The notes beneath the pieces were generated by a model, which made no database searches, was not told the origin of the DNA, and saw nothing but the letters and a program-made list of their open reading frames with translations. Both the position numbers and the translations under genes were made by a program. A stretch of 64,000 nt of DNA from Nitrososphaerota archaeon (lineage in GTDB: Archaea > Thermoproteota > Nitrososphaeria_A > Caldarchaeales > Calditenuaceae). This document shows, one piece after another, positions 46,136 through 53,332 of the stretch (positions are counted from its first letter, which is position 1; each line of letters starts with the position of its first letter). The stretch lies in the NCBI GenBank assembly GCA_038845265.1, contig JAWBQR010000002.1:65150-129149 (forward strand), given 5' to 3'.

Positions 46136-46903
46136 TTGGTCGTGAATAAGATAAATTTAGATGCCTCTGCCCTTATCTCCTTGGATGAGCTTGGCCGAGA
46201 TAAGTCAAAACTAATACGTCTCTCATATCCAGTGCCGGACCAGAATTATGCATCGACAATACTACAGTCACTATGTGAACTTGGTGTCGATGCAATATGT
46301 TTAGAACCATTCATGGGAAAAGGATTCAGGAATGTTGTATTGGCTGGCATTTGGAGAGGAGAATTAGTCGCCACCAAGATTAGGCGAATTGACTCCGTCG
46401 TCAAGGATACTATTAGAGAGGCTACTATCCATAGGATGGCTAATGAGGTCGGGGTCGGGCCAAGACTGCTAGGGAATTGCGGGCCTGTAATATTGATGGA
46501 ATTAATCGAGGGAGAAGATCTATCCTCATGGCTCCTAAAGATTACCGACGAGGAGGTTGAGGAGGCGAGAGAAGTAATTTCTGACCTGCTTAGCCAGTGC
46601 TTCAGTCTAGATAGGGCTGGGATAGATCATGACGAGTTGAGCGATGCAAGTAAACACGTGTTGAGAAGGGGTAGGAATGTCGTGATACTTGACTTTGGGT
46701 CTGCTAAGATAACGTTAAAGCCATCAAACCTGACATCGATAATTAGCTATCTATTCTATGGCCCTGTTCGTCGTGTTGTTGTGGATATATTAGATATGGA
46801 AAAACCATCTATAGAGGATTTAAGACAATACAAATCAAACATCACGTTGGAAAGATTTGAGGAAATCTACCATCATATTATTGGGCGGCGATTAGTCGGT
46901 TAG
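46136..46903 (+). CDS. atypical RIO/Bud32-like protein kinase fold protein
   Basis: GKGFRNVV glycine loop, VATKIRR lysine, LMELIEGEDL hinge and ILDFGSA (DFG). The catalytic loop reads IDHDELSD rather than HGDLS. TTG start 2 nt after the cca stop. Confidence 0.5.
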   Translation: MVVNKINLDASALISLDELGRDKSKLIRLSYPVPDQNYASTILQSLCELGVDAICLEPFMGKGFRNVVLAGIWRGELVATKIRRIDSVVKDTIREATIHRMANEVGVGPRLLGNCGPVILMELIEGEDLSSWLLKITDEEVEEAREVISDLLSQCFSLDRAGIDHDELSDASKHVLRRGRNVVILDFGSAKITLKPSNLTSIISYLFYGPVRRVVVDILDMEKPSIEDLRQYKSNITLERFEEIYHHIIGRRLVG

Positions 46904-46987
46904 GCTAAATCTATATCTTTAAATAATAATTGAGTGATTTTAACATATCGGTGTTATATCAAGGTGCGTAAGAAAAAAACCGCTCAA

Positions 46988-47920
46988 ATGCTTAAAACAG
47001 GGAAAAAGCCGAGTCCTAAAGGAAGACTAGGATATAACGTTTTGTCTGCCATAGGAAACACCCCGCTTATAGATCTGACAGAAGTCATAAGGGCTCAAGG
47101 CGGTGTAAAGGTGTTTGGAAAAGCCGAGTACATGAATCCCGGAGGCTCCGTCAAGGATAGACCCGCACTTTACATAGTGAGGGACGCGCTTAAAAGAGGT
47201 CTGCTCGGTCCAGGTAAGACAATACTAGACGCTACGTCAGGCAATATGGGGATAGGCCTAGCACTGGTCGCCGCTGCATATGGTATATCCTGCAAACTTG
47301 TAGTGCCTGGAAACATAAGTGCAGAAAAGCAGAAAATCCTAAAACTATTAGGAGCGGAGCTCATAATTAGTGATCCACTAACAGGGATAGATGGCGCAAT
47401 CAAGGAGGCACGAGAAATTTACTCAGATAATCCCGACCAGTATTTCTATGCAAATCAATACGATAACCCAGCCAATGTTAGGGCTCACTACGAAACCACC
47501 GGCCCAGAGATATGGAACCAGACTAATGGCAGAATAACGCACTTCGTAGCAGGAGTAGGCACCTCAGGAACACTAATGGGTGTCGGTAAAAGATTGAGGA
47601 AAAATAATCCAGAAATAGTGTTAATAGAGGTTCAGCCAGATGAACCGCTTCACGGCATAGAAGGACTAAAATATATGGAAAAAGCGATCAGACCCGCGAT
47701 CTATAAGCCAGGCTTTGCTGACGATTTAGTCAGAATAAAGACTGAGGAGGCCATAAAGTATAGCAGGCTTCTAGCCAGTTCTGGAGTGCTTGCAGGACTC
47801 TCATCAGGAGCTAACGTTGCTGCAGCTGTTAGAGTTGCGAGCAGTCTAAAGACGGGTGTGGTCGTAACGATGCTACCTGACGGTGCTAGCAGGTACATAG
47901 ATTTGCTCATGGCTGAGTAA
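46988..47920 (+). CDS. PLP-dependent cysteine synthase (CysK/CysM/O-phosphoserine sulfhydrylase family)
   Basis: GNTPLIDL, NPGGSVKDRPA (PLP lysine), TSGNMG and GVGTSGT motifs. Start set to ATG 46988; the upstream extension is uncertain. Confidence 0.85.
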   Translation: MLKTGKKPSPKGRLGYNVLSAIGNTPLIDLTEVIRAQGGVKVFGKAEYMNPGGSVKDRPALYIVRDALKRGLLGPGKTILDATSGNMGIGLALVAAAYGISCKLVVPGNISAEKQKILKLLGAELIISDPLTGIDGAIKEAREIYSDNPDQYFYANQYDNPANVRAHYETTGPEIWNQTNGRITHFVAGVGTSGTLMGVGKRLRKNNPEIVLIEVQPDEPLHGIEGLKYMEKAIRPAIYKPGFADDLVRIKTEEAIKYSRLLASSGVLAGLSSGANVAAAVRVASSLKTGVVVTMLPDGASRYIDLLMAE

Positions 47921-47955
47921 AACATAATTTTTGGTTCACGGGGAGGGGATATAGA

Positions 47956-48378
47956 GTGGTCATAAAGATTCCAAGAAAGATAATGGACGAGATGTCGAGA
48001 CACGCTTTAAGGGCTTATCCCGAGGAAGGATGTGGCTTACTGATCGGCGTCATAAATTCCGGGATAAGAGAGATAGTTAAATGCATACCGATGTCAAACG
48101 TCTATGAAGGTTCAAGAAGAAACAGATACTCAATAGATCCATTAGAATACATGAAAATAGAGGATGAAGCATATAGAAATGGTCTCATGGTACTTGGTGT
48201 ATTCCATAGCCATCCAGATGCTCCCGCGGCTCCAAGCAGGTATGACCAAGAATACGCAGCCCCAACGTTCATCTATATTATATTATCGGTGAGAAATGGT
48301 GGTGTAGCTGAGATAGCTGCATGGAGAATTAATGAATTGACTTGGACTTTTGAAGAGGAGCCATTTGAGATAATTTAA
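47956..48378 (+). CDS. JAMM/MPN+ metalloprotease (Mec+/Mov34-like)
   Basis: EEGCGLL glutamate plus HSHPDAPAAPSRYD, which is H-x-H-x7-S-x2-D; GTG start. Confidence 0.85.
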   Translation: MVIKIPRKIMDEMSRHALRAYPEEGCGLLIGVINSGIREIVKCIPMSNVYEGSRRNRYSIDPLEYMKIEDEAYRNGLMVLGVFHSHPDAPAAPSRYDQEYAAPTFIYIILSVRNGGVAEIAAWRINELTWTFEEEPFEII

Positions 48379-49578
48379 CTATACGCGTTGGCGATAAACA
48401 TGCAGTTCTTCAAACGTTGAAGATAGAATCACCCCTCCTATCGCGAGTCTCTTTATCGTATCGTTGTATGGCGTGTATATTCTCGCGATTTGCTTCTTAG
48501 GGTCTATTCCCATGAATAATGCGATGCTCGAGACTGTGTCGTTTTCGCTCAATACGTATGAGATTAGGCCTATTCCAATATCTGATAAGTCATAACCTTC
48601 ATGCCCGATGATCTTTTTAGAAGCAGCACATCCACACTTCTCGATGTCCAATACGACATCATTCAGATAATCTGTAATGCTTGGATAATTCTCCCCTTCT
48701 TGCTCTAGGATTTTGAAACTAATCCAGCTGAGAGGAATGGTTTTCAGCGAGGCTCCACGGAGAAACCTTGCGTAATTCATCTCCCTTATAAGTCGTCTAG
48801 CTTCATGATTGCGTGGAGAAACCATCTTAGGGACGTCAAGCTTTATGACCTCGGCTCCTGACTTAGCAATCGCATCATTTAGCAATGGTCCAGACTCCGC
48901 TCCTAAAAGTACAACGTGGCTTGGTATCGCTGAATCTACGAGGCTAGCCTTGTACCAATCAGCAGCACCCTCGCCGACCCACCCATCCGTATTTATCAAT
49001 ACGCATCTCTTTTCCCCCTCTTTTAGGAGGAGCCTAGCCTTGTCCAGTGCCTCCTTAGGATTATATGACGGAGAAGTATATCCAACTGGATATATCTTGT
49101 CAGGCCTAATCAAATGGAGGGAAGGAACGGTCTTAAAATATAGCCCAGAATTGGCTATAGTGGTTGGTGGACAGATATCTGACTGTCCGATATCAAGATC
49201 AAAGATAATTGTCGGAATGCCTTTCTTAACGGCCTGGTTGTGAAGAAATGTCACAAGTGACGTCTTGCCAGAATCTACTCCCCCAATTACCATAACTCTG
49301 CTATATATTCCAATCCTCTCAGAGAGACTACGCCAAGAATCAGGTATCGTGTCTTCCTCCACGATTCTTAGTGAGTGACCGGCGCCGAGAGAAAGCTCGA
49401 GGACGGTGTCGGTCAATGCGTGTATTGGTAATACTCTCCAAGGCCTGGAAATTAGTGTTTCTCCTTTTTTAGGCCTGTGTCCGAAGACCTCGACTTCTCC
49501 ATCTACTACTCTGGCAGAAGCAGGGCCGCCGAGCAGCAAGGTATTTTCACGTTTTAAGAACTGTCTATTTTCAGCCAT
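48379..49578 (-). CDS. Clp1/Grc3-type polynucleotide 5'-hydroxyl kinase
   Basis: N-terminal beta domain, P-loop VIGGVDSGKTS, DLDIGQS. Confidence 0.75.
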   Translation of the reverse strand: MAENRQFLKRENTLLLGGPASARVVDGEVEVFGHRPKKGETLISRPWRVLPIHALTDTVLELSLGAGHSLRIVEEDTIPDSWRSLSERIGIYSRVMVIGGVDSGKTSLVTFLHNQAVKKGIPTIIFDLDIGQSDICPPTTIANSGLYFKTVPSLHLIRPDKIYPVGYTSPSYNPKEALDKARLLLKEGEKRCVLINTDGWVGEGAADWYKASLVDSAIPSHVVLLGAESGPLLNDAIAKSGAEVIKLDVPKMVSPRNHEARRLIREMNYARFLRGASLKTIPLSWISFKILEQEGENYPSITDYLNDVVLDIEKCGCAASKKIIGHEGYDLSDIGIGLISYVLSENDTVSSIALFMGIDPKKQIARIYTPYNDTIKRLAIGGVILSSTFEELHVYRQRV

Positions 49579-49604
49579 ATTCCATACACCACTGAAAATT
49601 GTCC

Positions 49605-50378
49605 TTATTTGTATTTTTTATGCCCCAGCCTGAATACCCAGCTATTCTCTTCTTTTTCGCTTCCTATATTGATGACCTTTATACTGACGAGTCCTTCCCT
49701 AGTAATGTCTATTACATTAAAGCTGTTTCCTAGTCTTCCCCTAGTCCTCACTGACGAGACAGTGCCAGCATTAACGAAAATCGTATCGTTAACCTGCATT
49801 GCGTTTCTAACATGTCTATGTCCCATCAATACAAGATCTACCTTAGCATCAAGAATTGCCTTTAAAACATCTCCAGCATCCTCAAGAATATCCTTCTCTC
49901 TACCAGCAAACGGAACAGGAATGATGTGGTGATGAAGCACAAGTATCTTCAGCACACCCTCAGGAAGTGTGCCAAACTTGCTAGTAATGAGTCCCTGCCT
50001 ATGTCTTCCGAGCCTACCATTATCAGAATCTGGGACGGCACTGTCGAGCAAAAGAAAGACGGCCTTCCCAATACTTGTCTCAAAGTCGACTGGACCAATT
50101 ATCTCCTTAAAGAGCGAATCGCCATTATTTCTCTCGTCATGGTTTCCCGGGGCAAATAATATTTCGTAGGGCATTGCTTTAAGCTTCTCAGCGGCTAACT
50201 CATAGTCATCTAGCACTCCATTATCGGTGATGTCTCCTGAATGGACAATTACGTCAGGCCGAGGATCGAGCTCTGTTATTAACGAGATACATCTATCAAG
50301 CATCTCCGAGAGATGCATACCATACCTAGTGATGTGTGTATCAGAGATGTGTGCTATTCTTAGCTTGATGTCATTCAT
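49605..50378 (-). CDS. calcineurin-like metallophosphoesterase
   Basis: ISDTH, SGDITDNG, GNHDE, LHHH and GHRH motifs in canonical order. Confidence 0.85.
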   Translation of the reverse strand: MNDIKLRIAHISDTHITRYGMHLSEMLDRCISLITELDPRPDVIVHSGDITDNGVLDDYELAAEKLKAMPYEILFAPGNHDERNNGDSLFKEIIGPVDFETSIGKAVFLLLDSAVPDSDNGRLGRHRQGLITSKFGTLPEGVLKILVLHHHIIPVPFAGREKDILEDAGDVLKAILDAKVDLVLMGHRHVRNAMQVNDTIFVNAGTVSSVRTRGRLGNSFNVIDITREGLVSIKVINIGSEKEENSWVFRLGHKKYK

Positions 50379-50413
50379 TTACAAGCTTATTATAGGGAAA
50401 ATTATATATGTAT

Positions 50414-51388
50414 TTATCCTATCAATAGGCGTAGCGGGATCTTAAGTGCACTGATAATATTCTCGATCTTAATATTGTTTAGAACTGACTCTATCATTCT
50501 TAATTCATCCTCTGATAGACTAAAATCAGCTGCACCGGCATTCTCCTCGGCTTGAGATTGTCTTTTAACTCCGGGAATGGCGACGACTTCCTTTTTCCTT
50601 ATCAGCCAGTTGAGTGCAACTTGTGCTGGTGTCTTCCCCCTTCTTGACGCAATCTCTCTAAGTATGCTGATTAGTGGCTGTAGTCTTTTTAGATTCTCTT
50701 TATCAAATAGTATGTTGATTTTTCTTATGTTGTCTTGAGGCCTATTCTCGGGGCCGTACTTTCCAGTCAGAAGTCCCTGCGCAAGAGGGCTATAGGCAAT
50801 GATGGTAATCTTGTTTTTCTCCGCGAAGGGAAGAAGCTCTTTCTCTGCATCTCTTTCAATCATGTTATACTTTACTTGGTTCGAGACTATCTCATTGTTT
50901 CTGAGTGCTTCTTGGGCTTGGATAAGCTTTTTCAGTGAGAAGTTGCTGACGCCTATGTATCTGATCTTTCCTTCCTTTACGAGTTTCTCCATCGCCCTCA
51001 TTGTTTGACTCAGGGGTATGAGTGGATTAGGCCAATGAATCTGGTAAAGATCAATTATGTCTACTCCTAGTCTTTGAATGCTCCTTTCACATGCCTTTAA
51101 GACGCCGTCATAGGTCAGGTGGGTTGGCCAGACCTTTGTCGCGATTACTACATTATCCCTCATGTTCTTGATCGCTTTTCCGATTATTCTTTCTGATTCT
51201 CCGTCGCCATACATCTCGGCGGTGTCTATGAAGTTTATTCCCAGCTCTATTGCTCTCCTTATCGCATCGATTGTTTCTTGCTCACTGTATTCCCTTCCCC
51301 ATCCCCAGTACTTGCTGCCTATTTGCCATGAGCCTATTCCTATCTGTGAGATTTTTAATCCGGTTCTTCCGAGCTCTGTGAAGATCAT
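50414..51388 (-). CDS. aldo/keto reductase
   Basis: FIDTAEMYG, LYQIHWP and GVSNF motifs. Confidence 0.9.
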   Translation of the reverse strand: MIFTELGRTGLKISQIGIGSWQIGSKYWGWGREYSEQETIDAIRRAIELGINFIDTAEMYGDGESERIIGKAIKNMRDNVVIATKVWPTHLTYDGVLKACERSIQRLGVDIIDLYQIHWPNPLIPLSQTMRAMEKLVKEGKIRYIGVSNFSLKKLIQAQEALRNNEIVSNQVKYNMIERDAEKELLPFAEKNKITIIAYSPLAQGLLTGKYGPENRPQDNIRKINILFDKENLKRLQPLISILREIASRRGKTPAQVALNWLIRKKEVVAIPGVKRQSQAEENAGAADFSLSEDELRMIESVLNNIKIENIISALKIPLRLLIG

Positions 51389-51431
51389 GTTGGTAATTTT
51401 TTAGTTTGTTTCTTTGATAAGTGTTTCTGGG

Positions 51432-52190
51432 TTACTTAAGGGAGCCTACTGGCATTACGTAGATTGGTATTTCTCCGCTTGGTAGGTCTAGGATCTTCTC
51501 GATCTCTGACTCGTAGAAGGCTCCTATTACTACGCATCCAAGTCCAAGGGTCTCTGCTTGGAGATATACGTTTTGTGCAGCATGTCCTGATTCTTGTAGG
51601 ATGTATTGCCATCCTCTCTCGCCATATCTTCTCTTCGTCCTCTCCACGACTGCGGTGAAGACTAGATTTATGGCTGCGTCTCTTACCCATTCTTGCTCGA
51701 CGCATGCGGTCATGAGTTGTTCGCTGAAGTCTCCTTTGATTAATAGTTCTAATTCGTGTTCTCTGGGCTTGTAGTGGTATATTCCTGGCTCTAGTTCTTG
51801 GACGCCGCCTTTCTTTACTGCGACGTATATTTCGAGTGGGTATAGGCCGCCTGCTGATGGTGCGCTTCTGAGCCCTATCCAGACCCTTGGCTCTGTTATT
51901 CCCTGGGCAGCCCATAGTAGTTGTGAGACTTGGGTTAGTTGGAGGGGTGTGTCTGTGTATTCTCTTCTTGATCTTCTTCTTAGTATTGCTTGTTCGAGGG
52001 AGATTGGGCCGTCTGTTCTTGGTGGTGGTAGTTTTATTGTGTTTGTTGTGGTTCTTGTTTGTCTCTCTTTCATGTTGTTATTTTTTGGTGTTTGGGTTAA
52101 TATTCCTAGCGTGGCTGTGATGGCTCCTGTGATTATTATTGGTATGAGTAGTTTGGTTTTTAGTAGGTTTCTCCTCGTGGTTTTTTTCAA
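51432..52190 (-). CDS. SagB-type / nitroreductase family FMN oxidoreductase with Tat-like signal-anchor
   Basis: TTRRNLLKTKLLIPIIITGAITA N-terminus, then RRSRREY, APSAGGLYP and LQESGHAAQN nitroreductase-fold motifs; TTG start. Confidence 0.7.
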   Translation of the reverse strand: MKKTTRRNLLKTKLLIPIIITGAITATLGILTQTPKNNNMKERQTRTTTNTIKLPPPRTDGPISLEQAILRRRSRREYTDTPLQLTQVSQLLWAAQGITEPRVWIGLRSAPSAGGLYPLEIYVAVKKGGVQELEPGIYHYKPREHELELLIKGDFSEQLMTACVEQEWVRDAAINLVFTAVVERTKRRYGERGWQYILQESGHAAQNVYLQAETLGLGCVVIGAFYESEIEKILDLPSGEIPIYVMPVGSLK

Positions 52191-52240
52191 GGGTTTTTCT
52201 GGTTTTCTTTTTGGCTTGGGGGTTGATTAATTTTTGGGGT

Positions 52241-53281
52241 TTATATTCGTTTTATGGTGTTTAGGGGTCTGATTTTTTTGACTTCTGGGTTTACTAGGTG
52301 TGGTGGTTCTTCGCCTCTTAGGACTGAGATTAGGTTTGTTGCGGCGAGCTCGGACATCTTGGTTCTTGAGCTTATCGAGGCGCTTCCTATGTGTGGTACC
52401 AGGACAACGTTGCTGAACTGTATGAGTGGGTTGTCTGGATTTATGGGTTCTCGCTCGAAGACGTCGAGGGCGGCTCCTGCTATCCATTTTTCTCTAAGGG
52501 CCTTGACTAGCGCTGCCTCATCAACTACTGGCCCCCTGCTGGTGTTTATCAAGTAGGCGGTGGGCTTCATCATTCTTAGTTCTTTCTCGCCGATCATGTG
52601 TCTTGTCTCTTTGGTGAGTGCTACGTGTATTGAGACGAAGTCAGAGTTCTTGAGGAGTTCTTCAAGCGGGACGAACTGGGCTCCGAGCTCGGATTCTTTT
52701 TCAGGAGGCGCCCTGACTACGTCGTAGTATAGAATCTTCATATCGAATCCTTTTGCTCTTTTAGCGACTGCCTGGCCTATTCTTCCGAACCCGATTATTC
52801 CTATAGTCTTTCCATATACATCTGCGCCAATGAAGAATGTCGGGGTCCAAACTATCTTCCATTTTCCCGCCCTGAGGTAGTTATCCGCCTCGACTATCCT
52901 TCGGGCAACTGCGAGGAGAAGGGCCCACGTCAGGTCGGCCGTGGCTTCCGTCAAGACTCCGGGAGTATTGGTGACGTATATTCCCCTCCTAGTAGCCTCC
53001 TCTACGTCTATGTGGTCGAATCCGACTGAGTTTGTACTTATGACTACTAGGTTTGGCGAGAGGTCCATGACTTCGGCGTCGATTTTATCTCCCACCATGC
53101 AAATTATTCCGTCCTTGTTTCGCGCCCTCTCTAGCAGTAATGACCGTGGAGGAGGTCCTCCAGCATCATAGACATCCACGTCGCAGTACTGTCTTAGAAG
53201 CTCCATGTGCTGGGGAAATAATGGCTGCGTCACGAAGATTTTCGGACGACTAATACTTGTTGTGGTGGATTTATTACTCAT
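52241..53281 (-). CDS. gyaR: D-isomer-specific 2-hydroxyacid dehydrogenase (glyoxylate/hydroxypyruvate reductase)
   Basis: GIIGFGRIGQAV NAD motif, NTSRG, PHIGSAS. Start set to ATG 53281 (MSNKSTTTSISRPKIFVTQP); the 536-aa ORF-track extension overlaps the divergent gene. Confidence 0.85.
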   Translation of the reverse strand: MSNKSTTTSISRPKIFVTQPLFPQHMELLRQYCDVDVYDAGGPPPRSLLLERARNKDGIICMVGDKIDAEVMDLSPNLVVISTNSVGFDHIDVEEATRRGIYVTNTPGVLTEATADLTWALLLAVARRIVEADNYLRAGKWKIVWTPTFFIGADVYGKTIGIIGFGRIGQAVAKRAKGFDMKILYYDVVRAPPEKESELGAQFVPLEELLKNSDFVSIHVALTKETRHMIGEKELRMMKPTAYLINTSRGPVVDEAALVKALREKWIAGAALDVFEREPINPDNPLIQFSNVVLVPHIGSASISSRTKMSELAATNLISVLRGEEPPHLVNPEVKKIRPLNTIKRI

Positions 53282-53303
53282 CACTTCAGGATTTTGTTTC
53301 CTG

Positions 53304-53320
53304 ATATTTATATTATTATA
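53304..53320. promoter_or_regulatory. shared AT tract (TATA-like) in a 51-nt divergent intergenic region
   Basis: ATATTTATATTATTATA is centred about 30 nt from ATG 53281 (minus strand) and about 21 nt from ATG 53333 (plus strand). Confidence 0.4.
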
Positions 53321-53332
53321 GCTGGTCAGGTG

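Noticed and set aside
51436-51915. 159-aa Arg-rich alternative-frame ORF inside the nitroreductase gene
   Set aside because: It is a frame-shifted reading of AGA/GAA/CAA-rich codons. The translation is extremely basic and low-complexity, while the overlapping frame has clear nitroreductase motifs.
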